Source: Polaromonas sp. (GTDB lineage Bacteria > Pseudomonadota > Gammaproteobacteria > Burkholderiales > Burkholderiaceae_C). Taken from it: a stretch of DNA of 64,000 nucleotides. The stretch covers positions 14,592 through 78,591 of the forward strand of contig JBCKMZ010000001.1 of the NCBI GenBank assembly GCA_038902975.1, read 5' to 3'. A model generated the notes under the pieces. That model did no database searches. It was not told the DNA's origin and saw only the letters and a list, made by a program, of their open reading frames with translations. Each line of letters begins with the position of its first letter. Position 1 is the first letter of the stretch. Positions 29,303-40,631 of this stretch are shown here, piece by piece. The position numbers and the translations under genes were made by a program.

Positions 29303-30385
29303 TTACAGTTTTTGCGCCTGCATGAACTGGTCGAAACGCATTTCGGTAAAGCGGAACCACAGGTTCTGCTCGCGACGGAACACCGACCAGTCGTCGTAAA
29401 TCTTCTTCCAGTCGGGGTTGCTGGCCGACAGCTCGGCGTACAGCGCCTGTGTTTCCTTGAAAGCCAGTTCCATCACGTCCTTGGGGAAAGGCAAAACCTT
29501 GACCTTGAGCGCCACCAGTTGCTTGAGGGCTTCCGGGTTCTTCGCATCGTACTTGGCCTGCATGTCGGTGTGGACAAAAGCTGCAGCGGCTTCCAGGATG
29601 GCCTTGTTCTCGGGCGAGAGCTTATCGTAAGCGGTCTTGTTGACGTAAGCATCAAGCTGCGGGCCGCCTTCCCACCAGCCGGGGTAGTGGTAGACCGGTG
29701 CCACTTTGTGAAAGCCCAGCTTCAGGTCGTCGTAGGGACCGACCCACTCGGCCGCGTCAATCGTGCCTTTTTCCAGTGCCTGATAAATCTCGCCACCAGG
29801 AATGTTCTGCGCCACCACGCCCATACGGCCGAGCACCTTGCCGGCGAAGCCGCCTGCGCGGAACTTCAGGCCTTTCATGTCCTTGACCGACTTGATTGGC
29901 TTGCGGAACCAGCCGCCCATTTGCACGCCGGTGTTGCCCATGGGGAAGTTGACGATGTTGTACTTGGCATAGAACTCGCGCATCAGCTTGCCGCCGTTGC
30001 CCTGGTACATCCAGGCCGTCTGCTGCCGACTGTTCAGGCCGAAGGGAATGGCACAGCCAAAGGCAAAGGCGTCGTTCACGCCGAAGAAGTAGTACGGCGC
30101 GGTATGCACCATTTCAGTGGTGCCTTTGGAGATGTTGTCGATCATGCCGGCAATCGCCGGCATCAGCTCGCCGGGCCCATGCACGGAAATAATAAACTTG
30201 CCGCCAGACATGTCGCTGACTTTTTTGGCAAAGGTTTCAGCACCGCCAAAAATGGTGTCCAGCACCTTGGGGAAGCTGGAAGCCAGACGCCAGCGAACAA
30301 CCTCCTGCGCATGCACCGCAGGCGCAACGCCGGCTGCCAGGACGCCGGCAATGCCGGCATTTTTAATAAGGGAACGACGATCCAT
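29303..30385 (-). CDS. dctP: TRAP substrate-binding protein (Tat-exported, TakP-like)
   Basis: DRRSLIK, GNTGVQMGGWFRK, AAEWVGPYDD, YPGWWEGG. Confidence 0.93.
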   Translation of the reverse strand: MDRRSLIKNAGIAGVLAAGVAPAVHAQEVVRWRLASSFPKVLDTIFGGAETFAKKVSDMSGGKFIISVHGPGELMPAIAGMIDNISKGTTEMVHTAPYYFFGVNDAFAFGCAIPFGLNSRQQTAWMYQGNGGKLMREFYAKYNIVNFPMGNTGVQMGGWFRKPIKSVKDMKGLKFRAGGFAGKVLGRMGVVAQNIPGGEIYQALEKGTIDAAEWVGPYDDLKLGFHKVAPVYHYPGWWEGGPQLDAYVNKTAYDKLSPENKAILEAAAAFVHTDMQAKYDAKNPEALKQLVALKVKVLPFPKDVMELAFKETQALYAELSASNPDWKKIYDDWSVFRREQNLWFRFTEMRFDQFMQAQKL

Positions 30386-30542
30386 GAGTAACTCCTCGGG
30401 TCTAGATTGAAAGAGACAGTGAACGAGACAGTCGGGAGTCTAGCAGACGCTTAATCCATAAATATAGGGAATTACCCACTCAGGGCTTGACCTCACTGGT
30501 TTTCCAGCGAAAACGCTTCTGGAAGGCCCGATCTTCAGGAGT

Positions 30543-31760
30543 TTAGTGTGCTGCCCACTGGATAGTCGATAAGTCAATACCATCCTTGAACCTTTCCCAG
30601 AGCGGGGAAAGTTCGCGCAGCTTGGCGACGTTCTCTTTGATGGTGCCAACCGCGTAGTCAATTTCTTCTTCGGTCGTCCAGCGGCCAATCGTCATGCGCA
30701 GGCTGCTGTGGGCCAGCTCGTCGCTGCGGCCCAGTGCGCGCAGCACATAGCTGGGCTCCAGGCTGGCGGACGTGCAGGCCGAGCCGCTGGACACCGCCAA
30801 ACCCTTGATACCCATGATGAGCGACTCGCCCTCGACATAGTTAAAGCTCATGTTGAGGTTGTGCGGTACGCGCTTGTCGGCATGGCCGTTCAAAAATACT
30901 TCTTCAACATCTTTCAGGCCATTGAACATGCGTTCATGCAGGGCGCGAATGCGTTTGTTTTCTTCATGCATCTCGGCTTTGGCGATGCGGTAGGCCTCGC
31001 CCATGCCGACGCACTGATGCGTTGGCAGCGTGCCAGAGCGCATACCGCGCTCGTGACCGCCACCGTGCATTTGGGCTTCCAGGCGCACGCGCGGCTTGCG
31101 GCGCACGAACAGCGCGCCAATGCCTTTGGGTCCATAGGTTTTGTGCGCGGTCAGGCTCATCAAATCGACCGGCAAAGTGACCATGTCGATGTCGACCCGG
31201 CCCGTGGCTTGAGCCGCATCAACGTGGAAGATGATGCCTTTTTCACGGCACAGCGCACCAATGGCCGCAATGTCCTGCAGCACACCGATTTCGTTGTTCA
31301 CGAACATGACGCTGACCAAAATCGTGTCAGGTCGAATCGCAACCTTGAGCACTTCGATATCAACCAGTCCGTCCGCCTGAACATCAAGATAGGTGCAATC
31401 AAAACCCTGGCACTCCAGCTCACGGCAGCTGTCGAGCACGGCTTTGTGCTCGGTCTTGACGGTGATGATGTGCTTGCCCTTGGACTTGTAGAAGTGCGCA
31501 GCGCCCTTGAGAGCGAGGTTGTTGGACTCGGTTGCGCCGCTGGTCCAGACGATCTCACGCGGGTCAGCGCCTATCAGGTCGGCAATTTGCTCCCTAGCTT
31601 TTTCAACGGCGGCTTCGGCCTCCCAGCCCCACGCATGGCTGCGCGATGCAGGGTTGCCGAAATGCTCGCGCAACCACGGAATCATGGCATCCACCACGCG
31701 CGGGTCGCACGGGGTGGTGGCGCTGTAGTCCATGTAAATCGGGAAGTGTGGGGTTCCCAT
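30543..31760 (-). CDS. iscS: Cysteine desulfurase
   Basis: [35 protein letters not shown]-terminal WAAH. Confidence 0.97.
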   Translation of the reverse strand: MGTPHFPIYMDYSATTPCDPRVVDAMIPWLREHFGNPASRSHAWGWEAEAAVEKAREQIADLIGADPREIVWTSGATESNNLALKGAAHFYKSKGKHIITVKTEHKAVLDSCRELECQGFDCTYLDVQADGLVDIEVLKVAIRPDTILVSVMFVNNEIGVLQDIAAIGALCREKGIIFHVDAAQATGRVDIDMVTLPVDLMSLTAHKTYGPKGIGALFVRRKPRVRLEAQMHGGGHERGMRSGTLPTHQCVGMGEAYRIAKAEMHEENKRIRALHERMFNGLKDVEEVFLNGHADKRVPHNLNMSFNYVEGESLIMGIKGLAVSSGSACTSASLEPSYVLRALGRSDELAHSSLRMTIGRWTTEEEIDYAVGTIKENVAKLRELSPLWERFKDGIDLSTIQWAAH

Positions 31761-32296
31761 CAGGTCTTCAAAAACGCATTACCCAAAGCAAACACCGAGT
31801 TGGGTGCGTTCACGCGCATGGGTTTGGCTATGGGCGATGTGAAAATCGCTTTTTTGATCATGGAGGTTTTCTCGACAACCACACCCTTGGCGAGCTGGTC
31901 ATCGACCAACTTTTGCAGGGTGATGGAGTCCAGAAACTCGACCACGCGGCTGTTCAGTGATGCCCACAGATCGTGCGTCATGCAGCGGCCGCCCTCACCC
32001 GTACAATTTTCCTTCCCTCCGCACTGGGTGGCATCAAGCGGCTCGTCTACCGACACAATGATGTCGGCCACGGTGATGGCAGATGCCTTGCGGCCCAGCG
32101 TGTAACCGCCGCCAGGGCCACGGGTCGACTCAACCAGCTCGTGGCGGCGCAGTTTGCCGAAAAGCTGCTCTAAATATGAGAGCGAAATTTGCTGGCGCTG
32201 GCTAATGGCTGCCAGCGTTACCGGGCCACTGTTTTGGCGCAGGCCCAAGTCAATCATGGCAGTGACCGCAAAGCGGCCTTTGGTTGTGAGGCGCAT
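31760..32296 (-). CDS. iscR: Fe-S cluster regulator
   Basis: [22 protein letters not shown]-x5-C-x6-C-x2-H ligand cluster. Confidence 0.96.
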   Translation of the reverse strand: MRLTTKGRFAVTAMIDLGLRQNSGPVTLAAISQRQQISLSYLEQLFGKLRRHELVESTRGPGGGYTLGRKASAITVADIIVSVDEPLDATQCGGKENCTGEGGRCMTHDLWASLNSRVVEFLDSITLQKLVDDQLAKGVVVEKTSMIKKAIFTSPIAKPMRVNAPNSVFALGNAFLKT

Positions 32297-32322
32297 ATCA
32301 ATCTCCTTTTAAGTTGACTTGA

Positions 32323-32464
32323 AGGCACCTCTATAAATTCATTTTTCGGGCGAACTGCGTCGTTGGGCGGTACTCGCAATCCTCACGTACCTGAGTACGT
32401 TCCGGTTGCTGCGTTCCGTCCGCCTAGCATTTCATCCCGAAAATCTGAATTTCTAGAAGCGCCC
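32323..32464. repeat. 142-bp palindromic MITE/RPE1-like element, copy 2, in the iscR leader
   Basis: Near-identical to 56006-56148. Confidence 0.9.
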
Positions 32465-32471
32465 TTTTTAT

Positions 32472-32496
32472 ATTTCCGACTGAATTAGTCAAGTAT
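32472..32496 (-). promoter_or_regulatory. Type 1 IscR operator containing a TTGACT -35-like box
   Basis: Minus strand ATACTTGACTAATTCAGTCGGAAAT vs consensus ATASYYGACTRWWWYAGTCRRSTAT. Confidence 0.8.
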
Positions 32497-32585
32497 AGCA
32501 CTTCTAAGGGTTTACCGCAGGCTACGACGATGGAGAGAAATATAGATGCTTGGTAACTTGTCTTGCGCCCAAGATCTCAATTCCT

Positions 32586-34706
<2,121 letters not shown>

Positions 34707-34788
34707 GGGAACCTCAAATCAGCTTTCAAGCACAGTTAAAATTAGTGCAACTCTCTAGCTTACGTCTTTTTTACTTTTCAGGAGTCCC

Positions 34789-35985
34789 ATGTCTTTATTT
34801 ACTGCCGTCGAAATGGCCCCACGCGACCCCATCCTGGGTCTTAACGAACAGTTCGCCGCCGACAGCAACCCCAACAAGGTCAACCTGGGTGTCGGTGTGT
34901 ACTACGACGGCGACGGCAAGCTGCCCCTGCTCAAATGTGTACAGGCAGCTGAAAAGCAGATGATGGAATCGCCCAAACCACGCGGCTACCTGCCGATCGA
35001 CGGCATTCCGGCCTATGACTCGGCCGTCAAGTCACTGGTCTTTGGTGCTGACAGCGAGCCCGTAAAAAGTGGCCGCATTGCCACTGCTCAAGGCATAGGC
35101 GGCACCGGTGGCCTGAAGATTGGCGCCGACTTTTTGAAGAAGCTGCTGCCCAACGCCAAGGTGCTGCTTTCCGACCCGAGCTGGGAAAACCACCGCGCCC
35201 TGTTCACCCAGGCCGGCTTTTTGGTGACTAGCCACCCCTACTACGACGCAGCCAAAAAAGGCATCAACTTCGACGGCATGTTGACTGCGCTGAACGCCGC
35301 CGCCGAAGGCACCATCGTCGTGCTGCACGCCTGCTGCCACAACCCGACCGGCTACGACATCACCAGCGCGCAGTGGGATCAGGTCATTGCCGTCGTCAAG
35401 GCTAGAGGGCTCACGCCTTTTCTTGACATGGCTTATCAGGGCTTTGGCTATGGCCTCCAGGAAGACGGTGCGGCGGTCGCCAAATTTGTCGCCGCTGGCC
35501 TGTCGTTTTTTGTATCCACCTCGTTCTCGAAAAGCTTCAGCCTGTATGGTGAGCGCGTCGGTGCGCTGTCGGTTCTGTGCCAGAGCAAGGAAGAAGCCGA
35601 CAAGGTGTTGTCGCAGCTCAAACTGGTGATCCGCAGCAACTACAGCAACCCGCAGATTCACGGCGGCACGGTAGTAGCCACGGTGCTCAACACTCCCGCC
35701 CTGCGCGCCCAGTGGGAAGAAGAGCTGACCGAAATGCGCGTTCGTATCAAGGCCATGCGGCAAAAGCTGGTCGATGGTTTGAAGGCGGCCGGCGTGAAGC
35801 AGGACATGAGCTTCATCACCGACCAGATCGGCATGTTCAGCTACTCGGGCCTCTCCAAGGACCAGATGGTGCGCCTGCGCAGCGAGTTCGGCATTTACGG
35901 CACCGACACCGGCCGCATGTGCGTGGCCTCACTGAACAGCAAGAACATCGACTACGTTTGTGCGGCGATTGCCAAAGTGATCTGA
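34789..35985 (+). CDS. Aromatic/aspartate aminotransferase (AspC/TyrB family)
   Basis: NLGVGVY, HACCHNPTG, DMAYQGF, SFSKSFSLYGERVG. Confidence 0.95.
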   Translation: MSLFTAVEMAPRDPILGLNEQFAADSNPNKVNLGVGVYYDGDGKLPLLKCVQAAEKQMMESPKPRGYLPIDGIPAYDSAVKSLVFGADSEPVKSGRIATAQGIGGTGGLKIGADFLKKLLPNAKVLLSDPSWENHRALFTQAGFLVTSHPYYDAAKKGINFDGMLTALNAAAEGTIVVLHACCHNPTGYDITSAQWDQVIAVVKARGLTPFLDMAYQGFGYGLQEDGAAVAKFVAAGLSFFVSTSFSKSFSLYGERVGALSVLCQSKEEADKVLSQLKLVIRSNYSNPQIHGGTVVATVLNTPALRAQWEEELTEMRVRIKAMRQKLVDGLKAAGVKQDMSFITDQIGMFSYSGLSKDQMVRLRSEFGIYGTDTGRMCVASLNSKNIDYVCAAIAKVI

Positions 35986-35991
35986 AACTCA

Positions 35992-36035
35992 AGGGCACCT
36001 CTATAAATTACCGTTCGCCCTGAGCTTGTCGAAGG
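35992..36035. repeat. Truncated or hybrid repeat end at the left border of the cassette island
   Basis: gggcacctctataaatt (terminus of the 142-bp family) joined to ccgttcgccctgagcttgtcgaaggg; no matching right end seen. Confidence 0.55.
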
Positions 36036-36173
36036 GTTTTCTGGCTAAGTGGTTGTTTTTCGCCGGGCGCAATGGCGCTGGGCGGGGTCATAATCTGTCG
36101 TAAAGGTAGGGCGATTGAATCAAATCCCCTTATAGTGCAACTACCGCAACACGACCGCAGCACGGGCGGTTCA

Positions 36174-36257
36174 GTCCAACATGGTTTATCCGCCGCGATT
36201 GATGTCTTCGTCTTGTGCTGGCTTTATGGCGCGGCGGATAAACGCTGATTGTTCGGT
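36174..36257 (+). other. attC-like site
   Basis: GTCCAAC ... 14-bp stem gtttatccgccgcg / cgcggcggataaac ... GTTCGGT; spacer lengths are atypical. Confidence 0.65.
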
Positions 36258-36285
36258 GGCACGGCTCTTTGGGAAAGGAAACCCC

Positions 36286-37281
36286 ATGGACAAGATTCGA
36301 CGATGGCAGTATCTGGTTGCGGGGGGTGCCTTGCTCGTTGCGTCGCTAGCTGCACCGTTCAACGCTGAAGCCCAGCGCACTGAAAGGGTCCATCGAATCG
36401 GATTTGTGTCGCCGGTCTCGCCCGGTCAGAGAAACGAAGCGTTTGTCCAGGGGCTCCGGGAGCTGGGCTATGTCGAGGGGCGCAATGTCCATATCGAAAT
36501 GCGATTCGCGGATGGTCGGCCCGACCGCCTTCCCGGGCTGGTCGAGGAGATGATTCGCCTGCGGGTCGACGTGCTCGTGGTCGGCGCGACGATCGGCGCA
36601 CGCGCCGCCAAGAACGCCACGACAACGATCCCTATCGTGTTCGCGGCCTCGAGCGATCCGGTTGCCGGGGGCATCGTCACCAACCTTGCTCGCCCGGAAG
36701 GCAACATCACCGGTACTTCCCTGGCGCAAAGCGACGACTTTGCCGCAAAATACCTGGAGTTGCTCAAGCAGGCCGCCCCCAACGTATCGCACTTTGCGGT
36801 GCTCTGGAGCTCAGCCAATCCAGCCGCCACGAGGTTCGTGAGGGATCTGCAGGCGGCCGCCAGGATTTTGGCCGTGAGGCTCGATGTGCATCATGCGGCC
36901 GACCCCCCAGAGCTCGACGTGGCACTTGCCGCGATCAGCAGCAGCGGCGCGCGGGGCCTGATCGTGTGTCCATACCCGTTTGCGGTGGTCAATCGAGACA
37001 AACTCGTCCAGTTCGCAGCGATCAGACGGCTGCCCGCTATGTACTTCGACGAGAATTTCCCCATGGCGGGAGGCCTGATGGCGTACGGCCCGAGCAACTC
37101 CGATGCCTACCGACGAGCTGCGACGTACGTCGACAAGATCCTGAAGGGCGCGAAACCCGGCGATCTTCCCGTCGAGCAGCCAACGAGATTCGATCTGATC
37201 GTGAACCTGAAAACTGCGAACGCGCTCGGCCTCAAGATCCCGCAAATGGTCCTGATTCGTGCAGACCGGGTGATCGAGTGA
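36286..37281 (+). CDS. ABC-type substrate-binding protein (cassette 1)
   Basis: GLRELGYVEGRN, NLARPEGNITG, YVDKILKGAKPGDLPVEQPTRF; RBS GAAAGGA. Confidence 0.9.
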   Translation: MDKIRRWQYLVAGGALLVASLAAPFNAEAQRTERVHRIGFVSPVSPGQRNEAFVQGLRELGYVEGRNVHIEMRFADGRPDRLPGLVEEMIRLRVDVLVVGATIGARAAKNATTTIPIVFAASSDPVAGGIVTNLARPEGNITGTSLAQSDDFAAKYLELLKQAAPNVSHFAVLWSSANPAATRFVRDLQAAARILAVRLDVHHAADPPELDVALAAISSSGARGLIVCPYPFAVVNRDKLVQFAAIRRLPAMYFDENFPMAGGLMAYGPSNSDAYRRAATYVDKILKGAKPGDLPVEQPTRFDLIVNLKTANALGLKIPQMVLIRADRVIE

Positions 37282-37340
37282 GCGCGCTTGACTGCTTTCG
37301 GTCTGTCACGACGGTAACGGCAAGGTGCGCGCGCCACCGA

Positions 37341-38545
37341 ATCGGGTAGCCAGAGGCTTCTAACCTCCGGCCCCCACACCACCCACCATGCGGGTCCGCA
37401 GTGGGCGGTTCAACAAGCTGGCTTGCACGACGAAGCTTTCTTTGGCGTGTAGCCCTGGGCCTTGCACCACAGATCCTTCACGCTCAGTAGTCCCTGCGCT
37501 GCCAACCATGTGTTGTTCAGCGCCTGTTGTGTCACCGGGGTTCGCGCCATATGCCAGTAGCTCTTGCTACTCACACCATGCTGGATCGCTGACTTCAGGC
37601 TCACGCCCAAAGCCAACAGGTTCTTGATCTTCGTGCGCGGCCAGCGCCACCTTTTCCAGTAGCACATGCGGATTCGCCTTCTGATCCACTCGTCCAGCTC
37701 GGGAACAGGTCGGTAGTATTGGCTGATGCCAAAGTAGCCCACCCATCCCCTCAGGTACTGCCCCAGTTTGTACAGCCGGTATTCCATGGATACCCCCCAG
37801 CTTCTACCCGTCAGCTCCTTGATCCGGTGCTTGAATTTCGCTTCGGACTTCTCAGTCCAGCGGGTCTTCTTGCCCTTGATCGAGAAACCCAGGAAGCTGC
37901 ATTCGCTCATCGGAGCCACTTTGCTTTTGGCAAGGTTGACCGTGAGTTTGAGGGTGCGCTCCAGATACCGGCACATCTCCCCCGGTCGGGTTCGGTGATG
38001 CGTTCGAGTGGGCCACGTCTGCTCCTTGTGTCTCATTGTTCAGCCCTTCATTGGCCCGACTCCTGGCCAACTACTATGGCGTCTGCTGACTTCTGCCTCG
38101 TCACGACTCACATTTCTGTCAGTCGCGCTGTACCTCTGGATGATGTTGCTGCCGCTTTCTTCGACACGCAGCGGGCAGCTCGCCACGGCGCTTGGGTCTT
38201 GGTATCCCGGTTGAACCGATCCGGGTTTGTCATCATCCAATTGCACCGCACGCGGTGCAGATCTCCCCAGGTAAGGACGCGAACGTTCCATGCGCAAGCG
38301 CCGCATTTACCATGCCCACTGAACCAAAGGGCTTTGTCGTCATGTGCCAACTCGCCCCGCAGGCTTGGCCTTGTATGCGGTTTCTGTTCGTCGCCTCGCA
38401 CTTTTGCACTCGGGCTTCCTCCAGACAAGACCTCGCGGGCCTGCCCTTGCCGTCGGCTAGTGGTTAAGATTGCTCTCTATGAGTCCAATTTGGTTCTCCC
38501 ACAGGGGACTTTCACCCCATAAGTTCGCGCCCATGCTGGGCGCAC
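37341..38545 (-). mobile_element. Group IIC-attC intron, internally deleted (1205 nt)
   Basis: 5' GTGCGCCCAGCATGGGCG after IBS1 TTGT; domain V gaaccgcccactgcggacccgcatggtgggtggtgt; 3' end ctacccgAT followed by T; splits the attC inverse core. Confidence 0.92.
37410..38036 (-). pseudogene. Intron-encoded RT/maturase, only the RT C-terminus and domain X retained
   Basis: LKLTVNLAKSKV..SFLGF, LRGWVGYF, LDEWIRRRIRMCYWKRW; no PQG or YADD motifs. Confidence 0.88.
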
Positions 38546-38600
38546 ACAACGGCGTGCAGAGCGACGCGCCAAGAGCGGCGCGCGCCTGACGCCGGACGTT
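38546..38600 (+). other. attC site of cassette 1, split by the intron and followed by a MITE
   Basis: Reconstructed ACCGA|AC aacg gcgtgcag agcgacgcgcc aagagc ggcgcgcgc ctgacgc cggac GTT. Confidence 0.85.
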
Positions 38601-38757
38601 GAGGCTGTAAAAAACCCCCTCCACAACGATAGAAACATGAAAATGCAGAAATCGACCTCTCAGAACGCGCTGTATTCGACGATCATGACCTCGGCAAGGG
38701 TAAACGCACCCCCAAAATCGGAGCATTTCTCCAGGGGTGGAGTTTTTTTACAGCCTC
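38601..38757. mobile_element. 157-bp MITE or internally deleted IS
   Basis: 14-bp perfect TIR gaggctgtaaaaaa / ttttttacagcctc; flanked by a GTT direct repeat (38598-38600, 38758-38760). Confidence 0.85.
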
Positions 38758-38786
38758 GTTAGACCACATCAACAGAACGATCTCTG

Positions 38787-39167
38787 ATGCCAACCGACAT
38801 TGAAAACCAGGTCACAGTTTCTGAGGAACGCCTACGGCTTGCCATGCTTGCCTCGGACGTTGATGCGCTCGACGAACTGATTTCTTCCGACCTCATGTTC
38901 ACGAATCACTTTGGTCAGGTTCTTGGCAAACATGACGATCTGGTATTGCACCGATCTGGAGTACTCAAATTCCATACACTTGAACCATCGGAGAGGAAAA
39001 TGAAGATCAGTGGGCAAATTGCTGTCGTCTCGGTTCGCATGAAGCTGTCTGGCGTCTACGGTGGTTCGCCGTTTACGGGCGACCTTCGATACACACGCAT
39101 ATGGCGCATTTCGCAGAGCGGTACATTGCAGGTCGTCGCCGGCCATAGCAGCGCAGTGCAGGAGTAG
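38787..39167 (+). CDS. DUF4440 / NTF2-like protein (cassette 2)
   Basis: AMLASDVDALDELISSDLMFTNHFGQ, RYTRIW, VVAGHSS. Confidence 0.85.
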   Translation: MPTDIENQVTVSEERLRLAMLASDVDALDELISSDLMFTNHFGQVLGKHDDLVLHRSGVLKFHTLEPSERKMKISGQIAVVSVRMKLSGVYGGSPFTGDLRYTRIWRISQSGTLQVVAGHSSAVQE

Positions 39168-39201
39168 CGGCCAAGTGTGGTCTAACTCTACGTTGGGCAT
39201 C

Positions 39202-39462
39202 ATGATCGCTAAGTTCAGAAACCTCGGCCAGCACTCGCAAGAGATGCTTGCCACTGCGGGCATCAAGACCGAGAGTCAGCTACGGGCAAAAGGCTCGGCG
39301 GCGGCCTTTGTTGCCGTAAAGCGCGCGGGCTGTACACCGAGCTTGAATCTTCTCTGGGCAATCGAGGGTGCCCTGACAAATCGTGACTGGAAGGAGGTCG
39401 CAAAGAACGATCGTCTTTCCCTGCTCACTCAAGTTGAAATACTGGAAAAGGAACAACCATGA
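39202..39462 (+). CDS. TfoX C-terminal-domain protein (cassette 3)
   Basis: NLGQHSQEMLATAGI, SLNLLWAIEGAL..RDW. Confidence 0.85.
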   Translation: MIAKFRNLGQHSQEMLATAGIKTESQLRAKGSAAAFVAVKRAGCTPSLNLLWAIEGALTNRDWKEVAKNDRLSLLTQVEILEKEQP

Positions 39463-39752
39463 ACAAAGCAATCGAGGTGGTCATCTTCAAGGCCAAGGCC
39501 GATGTCTCGGACAGTCAACTGCAAACCGCTGCCCTGGCGGTCACTCCCATCCTCAAGAAAATGCCGGGCTTTATCAGCCGAGAGTTCGGCGCATCGGAGG
39601 ACGGCCAATACATCGATATTGTCCACTGGAAAGATATTCCGTCGGCGAAGGCTGCGGCTGAAAAGGTCATGGGTATCCCAAAGTGCGGCGAATTCTTTGG
39701 CCTCATAGATCAGAACCAAATGCAGTTCATGCACTATACCAAGGTGGCGTGA
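39459..39752 (+). CDS. ABM-like dimeric alpha-beta barrel protein (cassette 3)
   Basis: IEVVIFK, MPGFISR, YIDIVHW; ATGA overlap. Confidence 0.7.
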   Translation: MNKAIEVVIFKAKADVSDSQLQTAALAVTPILKKMPGFISREFGASEDGQYIDIVHWKDIPSAKAAAEKVMGIPKCGEFFGLIDQNQMQFMHYTKVA

Positions 39753-39785
39753 TGCCCAACGCGAACGTTATACGACAGAGAAGGA

Positions 39786-40157
39786 TTGCCGGTGGCTAAA
39801 GAATATCTAGAGCAATTGTCCGCGCTAGTGGACAAGGCAGCCTCCGGGAAAATTAGGGACGACTTGGAATGCAAACATTTTTTCAGTGGAGCTGCCGTTT
39901 ACGCAAAAGGGAGAATTTGTATGTCGTTAACCCCTGTCGGTTTCGCCATCAAACTGCCCGAGGAGTCGCGCAATATATTGATTAAGGAGCAAGGTGCGAA
40001 ACCGCTTCGATATTTCCCCAAAGGACCTATAAAAAAGGATTACGTCGTCCTACCGAAGACCGTCTTAAACGATATAAAGGGATTGCGTAACTGGCTGAAA
40101 ATCAGCGTTGAATACGTGGTCGCGTTACCACTCCCCGCCAAGGAAAGCCGCAAGTGA
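39786..40157 (+). CDS. TfoX N-terminal-domain-like protein (cassette 4)
   Basis: KHFFSGAAVY, GFAIKLP, KDYVVLP, W..SVEYV. Confidence 0.75.
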   Translation: MPVAKEYLEQLSALVDKAASGKIRDDLECKHFFSGAAVYAKGRICMSLTPVGFAIKLPEESRNILIKEQGAKPLRYFPKGPIKKDYVVLPKTVLNDIKGLRNWLKISVEYVVALPLPAKESRK

Positions 40158-40166
40158 TCGGCTGCC

Positions 40167-40256
40167 GTATAACATGGCGGTGTACTCGGACGCGCGTTAA
40201 GCACCGCGCCTTGGTCTTCTGTCCGTAGTCGCGCGCCGGTAACCTCTACATTATGC
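40167..40256 (+). other. attC site with mutated core (GTT to ATT)
   Basis: GTATAAC atggc ggtgtactcggacgcgcg ... cgcgcgccggtaacc tctac ATTATGC. Confidence 0.75.
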
Positions 40257-40278
40257 GTCACAAATACGCTTCTTCCCC

Positions 40279-40563
40279 ATGCAGCACGAAGTCTTCTCCA
40301 TCGGTCTTGAGTTCTGGTGCTGCGGCAAGCGCTGGCGCTGCACGGACGTAGGAACGCGAGTAATTGTCGCTATCTCGCTCGAGCCGCGAGAGATGGTTCA
40401 GGTCGAAACTGATCCCGTCGACAGATCGAAGCGAATAGAAACTAGGTTCATTTCAAACGATCAGCGAGATTTGAACGGCCCACCGTACGGAATCGCGGAG
40501 AGCGTCTTTGATGAATACGACCTCGAAGACTGCACACTCAAGCCGGAGGACGACGAAGAGTGA
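40279..40563 (+). CDS. Hypothetical protein (cassette 5, downstream attC lost)
   Basis: WRCTDVGTRVIVAI...GPPYGIAESVFDEYD; follows an attC. Confidence 0.7.
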   Translation: MQHEVFSIGLEFWCCGKRWRCTDVGTRVIVAISLEPREMVQVETDPVDRSKRIETRFISNDQRDLNGPPYGIAESVFDEYDLEDCTLKPEDDEE

Positions 40564-40631
40564 ATGCACGCTATGGCACCTGCGGCGGGGACGGGGTCAA
40601 TCAGTTTGTAACGCTTGGCAGCGAATTGCAA

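Larger units (their letters stand above)
36174..40563 (+). mobile_element. Integron cassette array lacking an integrase in this window (CALIN), about five cassettes
   Basis: Co-oriented ORFs bounded by GTT-core starts and complementary AAC ends: GTTCGGTGGC/GCCACCGAAC, GTTAGACCACA/TGTGGTCTAAC, GTTGGGCATCA/TGATGCCCAAC, GTTATACG/CGTATAAC. Confidence 0.88.

Noticed and set aside
26687-30385. TRAP transporter as part of the selenoneine pathway
   Set aside because: It looks like the widespread TakP-like carboxylate TRAP system, has a 216-bp upstream gap, and shows no Se-related feature
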